DNA of 64,000 nt from Heterodontus francisci (GCF_036365525.1 NC_090410.1:7267873-7331872); one strand, 5' to 3'; numbered from the stretch's first letter, positions 24,031-37,199 are shown. Numbers and translations are program-made. The notes: generated by a model not told the origin, from the sequence alone.

Positions 24031-24755
24031 TAATGTTGGTTGACGGGTGTTATCAATTTAATAATGCATTAAGTACGTGCCTCCCTCCTCCTTAAAGGGG
24101 AACAGTCAATAAACTGTAAATTGAACCAAAGGAATTACAGGAAATGCCTGTCCTGCCCCCCCCCTAACCCACCCAAGTCCCACAACCATTCCAGTATGGG
24201 TCATTGGGCCATGATTTGGAGCCGTATCCCTGGCTGATTTACCCCCATCTTGGTTATGCAGTGCCCCAAATAGATCTGCCCTCTACTGTAAGAAGCAGTT
24301 AACTCAGAGAAGACCTGGGATCTTGCTTGTCTGTTGTGGGTCAATTCCATGCCAGGCTGTACACGTACCGAAAGAGTAATTCACTGGGTGTGAAAATCCT
24401 TAGGACTGTCTAATGACTTGAAAGACTCTGTATCAATGCAAAAATTACCCCCCCCCCCACCCTGATCTGTTGGAATCAATGCTACACCAATTGGTGAACT
24501 TACTTAGAAGAGATTCTTTGAGAGAGCTGGGACAGTTTAAGGGAATGTTCAATCTGGACACACATCCCAGTATATTATACCAAAAAAAAACACAATTTGG
24601 AGCAGCATGTTGGTGACAATTAATAACATTTTATCCCATTTCTAATAATTTCATTTTCTATCAACAGCTTAAAAGATAAAACTGCTCATTGCCTCTGTTG
24701 ACACTGTGGGTCTTGCCAATTTGCCGTGAAGCACTGTCCGCTCACCGCCTACACC

Positions 24756-24903
24756 ATGGAAGGAGGATCTTCTGTACAAGCAAATTATGTTTTCCGGGGG
24801 ATTGAGTATTTAATCACGATGATGGTGACTGGAGATGTGTTGGAGGTGGAAGTCGAGGACAGGCTGACTTCTGAGCAATGGAGAGGGGAATTTGAGGCTG
24901 TTT
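24756..24903 (+). CDS. CCDC61: CCDC61 (VFL3 homolog, SAS-6-like head) coding exon 1
   Basis: accATGg; MEGGSSVQANYVFRGIEYLITMMVTGDVLEVEVEDRLTSEQWRGEFEAV; donor T|gtaagt; upstream acceptor at 24667. Confidence 0.92.
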
Positions 24904-25839
24904 GTAAGTCCAAAGCTGCCCTTTCTTGTGTAACCTGTCTCTCCTACATTTATCCACTCCCAGTTGTGGCATTTTCAATTGTAGAAGAGTTGAGAAATAT
25001 ATTTCCAAGCTCTTTTGATAGTTCAGTGGCTAAATGGTCAGCCCAGTGTTGTCTTAAACAAGGTTCATTGCCTTATCTGTGCTGAGCTATTTGAATTCTG
25101 CTAAAGTGGGTCGTAGGGGTGCTGCAAGGGGCCTCTCTGATCCTGGACTAGTGGTAAGGTATCTTGCTTCTAACCATTGTCCAGACATGCATTGCTGTTA
25201 GAAAGTACACTTGTGTAGATGTGTAGTTCAGCTCTGTTGTTCTTCATGGTCAAACAGTCTACAAACAATATCTGGACTCCGAATAGAATCGTAGAATGGT
25301 TACAGCACAGAAGGAGGCCATTCGGCCCATTGAGACTGTGCCGACTCTCTGCAAGAGCAGTTTAGCTAGTTCCACTCCCCTGTCATTTCCTTGTCGCCCT
25401 TCAGTTCTTTTCCCTTCATGTATTTACCTAATTACTTTTTGAAAGCCTCAAATTGAATCTGCCTCCACCACCGTCTCAGGCAGTCCATTGCAAATCATAA
25501 CTACTCATTGCGTAAAAAAGTTTTTCCACGTGTTGCCTTTGGTCCTTTTGCCAATCACCTTAAATCTGTGTCCTCTGGTTCTTGACCCTTCTGCTAATAG
25601 TAATAGCCTCTATCTACTCTCTCTAGACTCAATTATGATTTTGAACTTGCAAAAAATTTCCAAAAAAAAATTATTTTGGGTATAATGTATTTTGAGGATG
25701 TACTGGAGGATCTCTGGAACTCTACTTTATGGCTCCACATCATTCGTGACATTCTGTTGCTAAGCGATAGTATAAAAGGTAGCAGGAGTTTAACGGATAC
25801 CTAACTGACTGTCCATCTTATGTCTCTGCTTTGTTGCAG

Positions 25840-25922
25840 ACATCGAGGATGTCACTCACAAAACCGGAAACTTTAAACAGTTCTCAATTTTCTGCAACAT
25901 GCTGGAGTCAGCCATCACAAAG
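25840..25922 (+). CDS. CCDC61: CCDC61 coding exon 2
   Basis: ttgcag|; YIEDVTHKTGNFKQFSIFCNMLESAITK (KTGNFKQF motif); |gtacaa. Confidence 0.93.
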
Positions 25923-26119
25923 GTACAATCTGGTTCGACAGAGCAAATGTCTGTTGCTAGTGTCTGTCCTGCACTACTTTAAGCCCAAGTCCACACAAGA
26001 CTTGAGTGCTTCTGTAATATCTGAGGATGCTCCTCTCATACCTCTTTCACGTTCCTGAACAGCAAATAAGATGGGAGATTCCTCTCATCTCTAGCTTCCA
26101 GTTCTCGTTCTCTCTCTCT

Positions 26120-26450
26120 CTACAATGAAGTACTTTTGAAGTGTAGTCACAAATCCATGCACAGCAAAAAATAGCCATGTGATAACTAGATAATTGTGTC
26201 GTCTTTTAGTGATGTTGGTTGAGGGATAAATACTGGCCAGAACACTAGGAGAGCTCCCTGGTCGTCTTCAAAATAGTGTCACGGGATCTTTTTATGTCCC
26301 CTGAGAGGGCAGATGGCGCCTCGGTTTAACATCTCATCTGAAAGATGAGTGTCAGCTTAGATTTTTAGTGCTCAGGTCTTTGGAGTGGGACTCGAACCCA
26401 CAAACCTTCTGACTCGGAGGCAAAAGTACTTCCCAGTAAGCCACAGCTGA
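26120..26450 (-). mobile_element. DeuSINE
   Basis: Family motifs on minus strand. Confidence 0.65.
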
Positions 26451-27327
26451 TACTTCACCTACTTCTGCTTGCATGATTGGTGGGCTCTGCATGGAATACT
26501 GTGTCCAGTAGACACAAGTAATAACGTTATGGTATAGTTTTCTATGCTGCTTTAGGATCTGTTGAAATTGAACTTTGTTTCAGTGTTTCTACCAGTGTTG
26601 CCTCCTTAAAACAAAGGGTCTCGTGCAGATTTGTTCCTCTGTCGATGATACTGGAGCAACCCATTTTTATGGATCAGTTTTTTGTTTAGAAAGGCATATA
26701 TAATAGAACTTGACTATCCAATTTTAGTTTTATTTTAAGCTTTATTTGGTTTAATTGGACCACATGTTTGACTACAGCATTAGTGCTGCCCTTTTAAAAT
26801 GGGCACTTGCAGTGCTGATTTCTGCCAGGGGATACTAGGGCAACTCAGTGTCACCTGATTAGTCTAAGAAGGACTGGCTTGGCTTGGTAAACACACGTAG
26901 GGCCTTGTTTGCTCAGCCAGAGGTCAAATGTACAAGACTCAGGACACCACTGACCCAACATTAATTAAAATTCAGTTTCCAGGTTATGTTCTAATTATAT
27001 TTGACACAGCTGAGAATGAAATGTAGCACTTTTCCTAATAGCACCTTTGGCCCAATGTCTAATTTTGTCTGATATATGCTTCTGCCAAGGGGCCTGGTTT
27101 GTGTTTTATAGTAAGTGTGCTGTATGAGTGTATGTTCTTATTGTGGTATGCTTCCAGGTTAAAATTTTTAACTTTAATTTTTAATTATGAAATATATGAC
27201 CTCTTTCACATGCAGTCTATCTATAATTCACTCTTCCTTTGTCCTTTAAAATAATTGAATTAAATTATTTGAATGAAGCAGCGTATATAATACAGCAAAC
27301 TGGGAACCTGGTGCCTAATAAAATTTG

Positions 27328-27671
27328 GTAGCACAGAACTTGAGTATTGCTGAAAATAGAGACATGTTGTCGGAGCTTTTCGTTTTGCACTCATCAGGAC
27401 AATCTGAAAGAATACCAATGTAAGAGAAAACAATAGCTTTATACTGTACGAGAAGCGAGTGCTGATTGGTTGACTTGTGAACTCTGATTGGTAGAGGCAT
27501 TGCCATGGAGAATGCACCAGTTTATGGTGACTGACAGTTAACTGCCAAGCTTTGTCTCTTCTCATACAGTATAAAGTTGTTGCTTTCTCTTACATTGGTA
27601 TTCTTTCAGATTGTCCTGATGAGTGCAAGACGAAAAGCTTCGACAACATGTCTCTATTTTCAGCAATACTC
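27328..27671. mobile_element. Palindromic Penelope-like/retrozyme-like element with about 115-bp inverted arms, each carrying a hammerhead motif
   Basis: Arms at about 27340-27455 and 27557-27673 are reverse complements; flanked by AAAATTTG direct repeats (27320-27327, 27672-27679). Confidence 0.75.
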
Positions 27672-28022
27672 AAAATTTGAATCATTGGATAATTTAAATT
27701 GAGGGACTGTAAATTATGAGTTGGATTGTAGCTGCAGATTAGTTGAAGTGTTGAATAATTGAATTGGTTTCAATGCCGAGATGATTCCTTTAGTTGCTTT
27801 CTGTTTGCTAACCTCTATTTTTTTCCAAAATGGGAAGAAAATACAGAATTGTATTTCTAGTGAAATAGCTTTATGTTCAGAAGTTAGGAATGCTGGCACT
27901 TCCTATCTGAATTCCTGATCCTCCCAACCCCTAGTTATGCTGGTCATTCCTGATGCTGTGCAGGTGAGGGCAGGAATGAAAACTGCAGCATCTCTTGACG
28001 TGCTGGATTTATTTTATTTCAG

Positions 28023-28183
28023 AGCAGTGAATCAGTGACTCTTGACCTGCTGACTTATTCTGACCTGGAGTTGCTGAGAAACCGGAAAACTGGAGTTCCA
28101 ATGAGGCATGTGCCACCACCAAAATCGGGAGCGCTCAACGCCAAACGCTACCTCATCCTCATCTACTCGGTGGAGTTTGACAG
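28023..28183 (+). CDS. CCDC61: CCDC61 coding exon 3
   Basis: tttcag|; SSESVTLDLLTYSDLELLRNRK...AKRYLILIYSVEFD(R); |gtacgt. Confidence 0.93.
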
Positions 28184-29204
28184 GTACGTGGAGGAATTGA
28201 ATCTCGTCAGAACTTACCACCCAACTCCAGGGTTTTACATGCGGACAAGTGTAGCTTAAGCTTTCATCCCACATATACCAACTGACCAGAAGAAATTCCC
28301 ACTAGCGGTTAATGAGAGAACAGTGCAGTCTGATTCCACTTGGAAGGTGTCATCGATATAATATAAAACTGCTTTATTTAACAGCGCCTGTATCTTGGCA
28401 TTGTCTCTATTGTAATGTTCAGTTTCAATTACCATGAAAGTAGCTGCTGTGTAGTTCACAGACTCTGAATCATACGGTATTGCAGCATTAATTGGGTTTG
28501 ACCCCACTTCAATTTGAAGGGGCAGTGTTCAAGGTTACAGCATGTATTTGGCAGAGCAGAACTCTTTTTTTTTTTTAGGTACCTTTCTAACATTGATTTT
28601 GGGTGAAAAAAATCTTATCCGTGCAACAGCTGATTTAGCTGGAGTCTCAAACAGTTTGAATTGTTTCAATGTTCCACTGATTCGGGTCTTCTTGTATTGC
28701 ATCTCGTTATTTTCCATGCTTGTACTCCCAAAATCTTCGCACAGATCTCTTCCAAAGGGCTCTCGGAAGAACTTTCCATGATGTCCGATCTTAAATACCT
28801 TAAACAATAATAATTTAACACCTCTTCAGCCAACTGGACCAATCGTAGTAAGTGAATGCCATCAATGATCTGAAAAGATCTTTCAACAGGGTGAAGTTAC
28901 AGTTACCAAGTTAATGTAACTGATTATTTTGTTTCATTTTAAGGATTTATTGCACTGTGTGATCTGCAACAAGTCTTTGGAGAATAACCCCCTTGTATTT
29001 GTCTTCAATTGAGCTAGGAAATTGTGCTAAAAATTATATCTATCCGCTTAACTTTTATCTTCATAACCTTTGCTACTTGACAGAAAACCAAGGAGAATAT
29101 TTTTTTTTTGTTAAGCTCTACAAACACATCTTGGAAAACTTGGCTGTTGCTTTAGTCGTGTATGCACCCCTACAATTTTAAGTTTCAATCACAAGGGGTA
29201 CGCT

Positions 29205-29590
29205 ACGGTAGGGTAGTGGTTGTGCTACTGCATTGGTAGTCCAGAGCCCTGGACTAATAATCCAGGGAATGAGAGTTCAGATCCCACCATAATAGTGGAA
29301 TCTGGAAATAAAAAGCCGGTATCTGTTTAAAAATGACAGTGAAGCTGTCGGAATGTTGTAAAAACCCAACTGATTCCTTTTAGGGAAGGCAACCTGCTGT
29401 CCTTACCCAGTCTAGCCGATGGGTGACTCCAGGTGCACCCAATGTGGATGACGCTTGTGCTCTCTGGCCTAGAAAACCACTTGGGTTGTATCAGATGCTG
29501 CTAAGCACTTCTAGAAGAAGGCCCACCATCACCCTCTTGGTACAGCTAGAGATGGTCAATAAATTCTAGCCTTACCAGTGACAAAAATTA
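29205..29590 (+). mobile_element. tRNA-derived SINE related to 14100 SINE and 5385-7910 LINE
   Basis: GGTAGGGTAGTGG...GTTCAGATCCCACC head, TTTAGGGAAGGCAACCTGCTGTCCTTACCCAGTCT core, GTTGTATCA, then LINE-tail-like CCCACCATCACCCTC...GATGGTCAATAAATTC. Confidence 0.65.
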
Positions 29591-29749
29591 ATTAAATAAA
29601 GACTGAGGAAAACAAAAAACCTTCTGTTTCTTTAGTTGTTTTAACTTGGTATAATTTTCATGGTAGGATTTCAGTATTGGCCAGTATTGGATTAATTTAA
29701 GAAGGTTGACTGCCTAATTCAACCCATAATTTGAGCTACAGGTAGGTCA

Positions 29750-30712
29750 CAAATCTGCGCCATCACTAAGGCCGCCTATTTCCACCTCCATAACATTGAC
29801 CCTGCCTCAGATCATCTGCTGCTGAGACCCTCATCCATGCTTTTGTTACCTCTAGACTTGACCATGTCAACACACTCCTGGTCAATGCTGCCTCTAAGCT
29901 GCACTGTCACGCAGCAGCCTGGAGTTACCACACAGGCCGCGTACAGGTCGTCCCCTTTAAAAGATAGCGTGTGCGCGACCGGGCAAAAAAAAAAATAAAG
30001 GTACCAGGTACTTAAATGAATAGATAGGGGACGTTGCTGCTGGCCCTCAAGGCTTTGTGAACCTGCCTAAATGGCCCACATTCTGCCCTGCACTTTAGGA
30101 ATTCCCAACACTGTAATGGAGAGTCTGATTTCAGAGGCAGCAGTGTATCCTAGTCCAATAGACCGTCTCCACTGGCTCATCTTAAAGTTTTGAAGAATAA
30201 CATCTGGGTCAGTACAGATTTCTACCAGCTTTGGTAAAAGGAAAAATAAACTACAAGTATAAAAATCTACCCTCCGTCAACTTGTGGTCATCCAAAACTT
30301 TGCTGCTCGCTTTGCCTGTTTTCTCTGACTTACATTGGCTCCTGGTCAAGCAGTGCCTCAATTTTGAAAATTCTTATCCTTGTTTTCAAATCCCTTCATG
30401 GCCTCACCCCCTCCCTATCTCTGTAACTCCTCCAGTCTCACAACCCTCCAAGATTTCTGCACTCCACTAATTCTGGACTCTTGAGCATCCTGATTTTAAT
30501 CGCTGCAGCGTTGGGGCTGTGCCTTCAGCCACCTAGGCCCTAAGCTCTAGCAGTCTCTAAATCTCTCCACCTCTCTACCTTGCTTTCCTCCTTTATGAAA
30601 CTCCTTAAAACCCACGTCAAATTTTTGACCATTTGGCTTATGTGGCTCCGTGTCATACTTTGCTTTGTAAAGCTGTGAACAGCCTTGAAACATTTTATTA
30701 CTTTAAAGGCGC
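29750..30712 (+). mobile_element. L2 fragments split by an unrelated insertion (about 29890-30270)
   Basis: AAETLIHAFVTSRLD; LHWLLVKQ; tail TTTAAAGGCGCT. Confidence 0.6.
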
Positions 30713-31281
30713 TCTCTTCCTCAAAAGGTGGTGGAAGCGGAGTCTTTGAATATTTTTAAGGCAGAGGTAGGTAGATACTTGATAAGCAAGAGGGTGAAAG
30801 GTTATTGGGGGTAGGCGGGAATGTGGAGTTGAGATTACAATCCGATCAGCCATGATTTTATTGAATGGTGGAGCAGGTTTGAGGGGCCGAGTGGCCTACT
30901 CCTGCTCCTAATTCGTATGAAAGTCCTCTCTGACCCTCCTTGGATGTTGAAAACTAGTCCAGGAGCTCGCTCTGGCCTGATAGTGCTACGACTTGCCTAC
31001 CTCCTGTACGAGGTGATCTCCACCCCAGCCAGAAACCGATGCAGTGCTCGCTTGAAGGAATATAGGATTGGGGCTTGTGAGATTGGCAGTTGTTGGAGAT
31101 GTGTCATGACCCACAGATCATAGTTGGGCATCAAGTAGATTGGAAGATCTTGAATAGGGCATCTGTTTTTGAGAGATTCTTGTAATTGGTCAAAATTCAG
31201 AACCAAAAACTGTTTTCTCTCCCCCCACTGAAGAAAATGACTTTCAAAGCAGCGACTGATCCTTCTTTTTGATGTCTGCAG

Positions 31282-31434
31282 AATACACTACCCACTGCCA
31301 CTACCCTACACAGGAAAGCCAGATCCAGTTGCTCTCCAGAAAGTAATCCGAGGACTGAAGGAGGAACTTGCCAGTGTGAGATCGAAGCAAGGCAAAGATT
31401 ACCGTGACGCAGAGCTTAGACGGTTGAGAGCAGA
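31282..31434 (+). CDS. CCDC61: CCDC61 coding exon 4
   Basis: ctgcag|; IHYPLPLPYTGKPDPVALQKVIRGLKEELASVRSKQGKDYRDAELRRLRA(E); |gtgagt. Confidence 0.93.
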
Positions 31435-32559
31435 GTGAGTCTCAGCAACTTCTTTGTTTTCCCTCCCGTTTTTCCCTTCCCCTTCCTCGCTCCCCCTCAA
31501 ATTTCTTTTCTGCATGTCACTTGCCAACTCTCAGCAATGACCTGATATAACTAACATTCTTCACTAGAAGACGTGTAGAGTCCCGACTTCTTGGGGTGTT
31601 GTGACAGCATATAGTAGGGTATGGCCAGGGCCCACAATCCTTAATAGGAAGTTCTCACCTCTTGTCTGCACATAGAAGTTACAACATAGCACAACTTGTT
31701 CGCATTTACCTGCTGTCCCCATACTCCTTAATCCACTTACTCAACTTAATACTGAAATTGACCTAATTTCTGCCCTCAGCCCCTAATATACAGTGCAAAG
31801 AAATTTCTGCTACCCTTTGTTCTAAATCTCAAATTTTTGGCCTCTTTATCTTGACCACTCAACTATTGGGAACAATCTGTTTCCATCTACCCTATGCTAT
31901 CCTTCCATTATTTTAAACACTTCTATCTTGTAATCTGTATTGCTATAATCAAAAAGACTTTTTTCATATATATATTTGTCCCTGGGATGTGGGCAGCACT
32001 GGCAAAGCCAGCATTTATTGCCCATTCCTAATTGCTCTCTTCCCTTCCACTACACCAAGCCTGCCTCCTTTCTGTGGATAATTACTAACTTTATTTAAAC
32101 CAAAATGGATCACCTCACATTGACTTCCTTCACCTACTTTTTAGCCTATTTGCCCACCTTATAAATATTCCTTTGCGGCCTCCTTCGGTCTTCGAAAGAA
32201 TTAACTACACCTACTATTTTGCTATAAACTTGAAATTATCACCGCCACTCCCTCTAGGCCTCTATCTGAATCATTAATAAACAGGGGGAACAGAAGTGGG
32301 TCCCAGAACTGAACTTTGTCGGACACCACCACCCCCTTTCAAGCACTCTGGAAACCTGCCTTAACTCCTATTGTCTGCTTCTTCCTGTCTAACCAATTTT
32401 TAATCCAGTTTGCTATCCTCCCCTTAATCTGTTAGAGGTGCTGTCTTTTGGATGAAGCATTAACCCAAATCCCCGCCTCGCTTGTGGACCTAAAAGATCC
32501 CAGGGCACTATTTGGAAGAAGAGCAGGGAGTAAACCCTGGTGTCTTGGCCACTTTATCC

Positions 32560-33778
32560 CTTGAACATAGTAGCATTGAAAGGGAGGAAGTATTAGCTGT
32601 TTTAGCAGGCTTAAAAGTGAATAAATCCCCAGGCCAAGATGAGATGTATTCCAAGCTGTTATGTGAGGCTAGGGAGGAGATAGCAGGGGCTCTGACACAA
32701 ATTTTCAAATCCTGTCTGGCCACAGGAGAGGTACCAGAGGACTGGAGGACAGCGAATGTGGTGCCATTATTCAAGAAGGGTAGCAGGGATAAACTAGGTA
32801 ATTATAAGTCGGTGAGTCTAACATCAGTGGTTGGGAAACTATTGGAAAAAAATTCTGAGGGACAGGATTAATCTCCACTTGGAGAGGCAGGGATTAATCA
32901 GGGATAGTCAGCATGGCTTTGTCAGGGGGAGATGGTCTCTAACTAACTTGATTGAATTTTTCGAGGCGGTGACTAGATGTGTAGATGAGGGTAAAGCAGT
33001 TGATGTAGTCTACATGGACTTCAATAAGGCTTTTGATAAGGTCCCGCATGGAACATTGGTTAAGAAGGTAAGAGTCCATGGGATCCAGGGCAGTTTGGCA
33101 AATTGGATTCAAAATTGACTTAGTGGCAGGAGGCAGAGGGTGATGGTTGAGGGTTGTTTTTGTGAGTGGAAGCCTGTGACAAGTGGTGTACCACAGGGAT
33201 CAGTCCTGGGACCCTTGCTGTTAAAACGCTAGTTAGGAGTACTGTGTACAGTTCTGGGCATCACACTATAGGAAGGATGTGATTGCACTGGAGAGGGTGC
33301 AGAGGAGATTCACCAGGATGTTGCCTGGGCTGGAGCATTTCAGCTATGAAGAGAGACTGAAAAGGCTTGGGTTGTTTTCCTTAGAACAGAGAAGGCTGAG
33401 AGGGGACCTGATTGAGGTTTACAAAATTATGAGGGGTATTAATAGGTTAGATAGGAAGAAACTTTTTCCCTTAGCGGAAGGGCCAGTAACCAGGGGGCAT
33501 TGATTTAAGGTAAGGGGCAGGAGGTTTAGAGGGGATTTGAGGGGAAAAAAATTCACCCAGAGGGTGGTTGGAATCTGGAACACACTGCCTGAAGAGGTGG
33601 TAGAGGCAGGAACCCTCACAACATTTAAGAAGTATTTAGACGAGCACTTGAAACACCATAGCATACAAGGCTACGGGCCAAGTGCTGGAAAAGGGGATTA
33701 GAATAGTTAGTGCTTGATGGCCAGCACAGACACGATGGGCCGAAGGGCCTGTTTCTGTGCTGTATAACACTATGACTC
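32560..33778 (+). mobile_element. CR1/HER1 LINE, 5'-truncated and internally deleted, inserted in a DeuSINE
   Basis: KSPG.DE, VPEDWRTANVVPLFKKG, QHGFVRGR, VYMDFNKAFDKVPH, GVPQGSVLGP then a jump to LEYCVQFW; DeuSINE flanks 32430-32560 and 33778-33975. Confidence 0.88.
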
Positions 33779-34153
33779 AACCAACACCACTAAAACCAGA
33801 TTCATTGGTCATTTATCCCATTGCTATTTGTGGGATCTTGCTATGCACAAAGTGGCTGCTGCATTTTTCTTGCAGCACAGCAGCAGCCACTATGCTTAAA
33901 AATTCAGGCATTCATTGGCTGTAAAGCGCTTTGGGGTGTCCTGAGCTGGTGAAAGGCTCTATATAAGTGCAGCTCCTTTCTGCTTGCATACCAGGATGGA
34001 TTTGTTGGGCCGAATGGCATGCGCTGTAAAATACAAGTAACCGCCAGCAGTAACACTGAGGGCAGTCATAGCAGCCCCACTACACGGCTGTGCTGTCAGA
34101 AAAGAATCGCTGTCACAGAGTTTAATGCAATCATTCTTCTGTGTGCTCCTCAG

Positions 34154-34370
34154 GTTCGATAAGCTGCTGCAGGAGAAACAGGAGCTGGAGGTCATGATAC
34201 TGCAGCTCCAGGAGCAGATGAAACTCTCCACCACAACATCTGTATCCAAAGATGTGAAAATCCTGAAAAAGGTCATCCAAAGCTTGGAAGAGGAGCTGAT
34301 GAAGGAGAAAACGAAAAATCAGAAAGCAGCAAATAAACGGAACCAAGAGTACCGGCAGCTTTTGGATGAG
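34154..34370 (+). CDS. CCDC61: CCDC61 coding exon 5 (coiled coil)
   Basis: cctcag|; FDKLLQEKQELEVMILQLQEQ...KVIQSLEEELMKEKTKNQKAANKRNQEYRQLLDE; |gtgaga. Confidence 0.9.
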
Positions 34371-34380
34371 GTGAGATTTC

Positions 34381-35372
34381 AGAACACAGGAAATGGGAGC
34401 AGGAGTAGGCCATTCGGCCCCTTAAGCCTGCTCTGCCATTCAAATAGATCATGGCTGATCTTCTACCTCAATGCCATTTTCCTGCACTGTCCCCATATCC
34501 CTTGATGCCTTTAATATCTAGATCTTCGTCTTGAACATACTCAATTACTGAGCCTACAACGCCCTCTGGGATCGAGAATTCCAAAGATTCACCATCCTCT
34601 GAGTGAAGAAATTCCTCCTCATCTCAGTCCTAAATGGCCTACCCCTTAATCTGAGACTGTGTTCCCTGGTTCTAGACCCTCAGCCAGGGGAAACATCCTG
34701 CATCCACCCTGTCGAGCCCTGTAAGAATTTTGTATGTTTCAATGAGATCACCTCTCATTCTTCTAAACGCTAGAGAATACAGGCCCAGTCTCCTCAATCT
34801 CTCCTCGTAGGACAATCCCGCCGTAAGTCTGGTGAACCTTTGTTGCACTCCCTGTATGGCAAGTATATCCTTGAGTAAAGAGACCAAAACTGTACACAAT
34901 ACTCCAGGTGCAGTCTCACCAAGGCTCTATACAATTGCAGCAAGACATCTTCATTGCTGTACTCAAATCCTCTTGCAATAAAGATCGATATACCATTTGC
35001 CTTTCCAATTGCTTGCATGTTAGCTTTCAGTGACTCATGAACAAGGATACCCAGGTCCCTTTAGACATCAACACTTCCCAATTTCTTACCATTTGAGAAA
35101 TACTTTGCATTTCTGTTTTTCCTACCAAAGTGGATAACTTCACATGTTTCCACGTTATATTCCACCTGCCATGTTCTTGCCCACTCACTTAGTCTGTCTA
35201 ATTCCCCTTGAAGCCTCTTTACATCCTCCTCACAACTCACATTCCCACCTAGTTTTGTATCATCAGCAAATTTGGAAATATTACATTTAGTCCCCACATT
35301 CAAATCATTGATGTATATTGTGAATAATTGGGGCCCAAGCACTGATCCTTGCGGTACCCCACTAGTCACAGC
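34381..35372 (-). mobile_element. CR1 LINE 3' fragment
   Basis: VTSGVPQGSVLGPQLFTIYINDL...KFADDTKLGG...LEYCVQFWS. Confidence 0.88.
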
Positions 35373-36354
35373 AAGATCGAGCAAGGATGGAAGTGTTTGT
35401 CTTGAAATATGAAGATTGCAGAGTCTTGTTTGTTAAATATTAATGGATAATAAGTAATTTGGCAGATATCTAGAAATTGAGATTTTCTACTTGTTAAATT
35501 CTGCTGAAGTGAAGAGTCTTGGACAGGAACAGAAACATTTCCGCCTTTCCCTTCCCCCCAGATGTAACGCACAGTCAGTATTAATCACTTCCCAGTCAAC
35601 TAAAGCTTGGCTTAGATATAAAAAGAAAAGCTACCTCTATGCTATCCTGTCAAGTACATGGAGGGGAAGTAAAAATACACAGAGGGGATTGCCTGCTTTG
35701 CATTTACTACACAGACTATGCAGCACACTTGGCCCAGTTGGTCTATGCCAGTGTTTACGCTCCACACAAGCCCCTCACATTCTAATTCACCTTTTTTGTT
35801 TGTTCTAAAGCGGCAGTCACTTTCAGTACCTCCTGGTGGTACTTTTTATTTGTTCATGGGATGTGAGCGTCGCTGGCAAGGCCAGCATTTATTGCCCATC
35901 CTTAATTGCCCTTGAGAAGGTGGTGGTGAGCTGCCTTCTTGAACTGCTGCAGTCCATATAGTGTAGATGCTGTCCAGCTTTTGTCACTATTGCCAGGAAT
36001 GACGTAACACAATTTTGTTTTCTAATTAACCTTTGTCAATACCCGTTTCTCCCATGTCGCAATTCACCCTAATTCTGTCTCTTGTGGTGGGCCTTGAACT
36101 GTGTTGCGGGGAGCGAGTTGCCTTGTAACAATGTGTTTTGTTACTGGATGCTGTTTTGACAGAGTAGCATACTGAACTGAGAGCAGAGGTACCAATTAAA
36201 AATAACAGCACTAGTGGCAGACAAGCAGGGCTGTACAGTTTAGAAAGCCCTGTCTTGTTGCGAGTGTTGGGGCTTTGCTGCCCATTTCCAATGCTATTCA
36301 ACGCTGGATTCTGTCTCACGGGTGTGTTGAGTTTTACATTGTTAACTTCTAGTT

Positions 36355-36860
36355 TCATAGAATCATAGAATGATACAACACAGAAGGAGGCCATTCAGCC
36401 CACTGTGCCCCTGCTGGCTCTTTGGTTGAGTTATCTGATTAGTCCGTGCTGTTTCCCTGTATTCCTCTAAATTTTTTCCTTCGAGTATTTGTCCAGTTCT
36501 GCTTTTGAAAGTTACTATTGAATCTGCCTGCACCACCCTTTCAGGCAGCACATTCCAGATCACAACAACGCGCTTTCTGAAAGGGTGGTGGAGGCAGATT
36601 CAATAGTAACTTTCAAAAGGAGAACTGGACAAATACTTGAAGGAAAAAATTTACAGGATTTTTTTTTCCCCTCTCATGTCCCCTCTCGTTCTGTTGCCGA
36701 TCACCTTAAATCTGTTCTCTGGTTACCGATCCTTCTGCCAGTGGAGACAGTTTGTCCTTATTAACTTGTATCAAAACCCTTAATGATTTTGAACACCTAT
36801 ATCAAATCACGTCTTAACCTTCTCTGCTGTAAGAACAACTCTAGTCTCTCCACATAACTA
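36355..36860 (-). mobile_element. CR1 3' fragment containing an 81-bp inverted duplication
   Basis: (CATAGAAT)n tail at 36356; inverted arms 36464-36544 and 36577-36657. Confidence 0.75.
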
Positions 36861-36878
36861 ATTTTTTTCCTTTTTCAG

Positions 36879-36961
36879 CTTGAAGAGGTAAAGGCATCAG
36901 AGCGGAAACTGAAGGTGCGAATGAAGAACCTGACCACTGAGCTGACCTTGTACAAAAGGGG
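36879..36961 (+). CDS. CCDC61: CCDC61 coding exon 6
   Basis: ttttcag|; LEEVKASERKLKVRMKNLTTELTLYKR(G); |gtgagt. Confidence 0.9.
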
Positions 36962-37199
36962 GTGAGTTTGCGACAGAAACTCGACATGCATCGAAATCTG
37001 ATAATGTTATAAAGCACAGTGACTGCTGATTCCCTGTCTGCACAGTTCCCTGCCAAGGCAATTATAATCCAAACTCCTGGACATGGGAGGGGAATATCAT
37101 CCAGTACAGTGGCAGTTGGGTGGGGTGCTAGGTTAAGTTTGGCTGCAATGCTGACATGAACGTGCATCTTGCGAGCAGTCACTGCCCAAGCCTGTTCAT

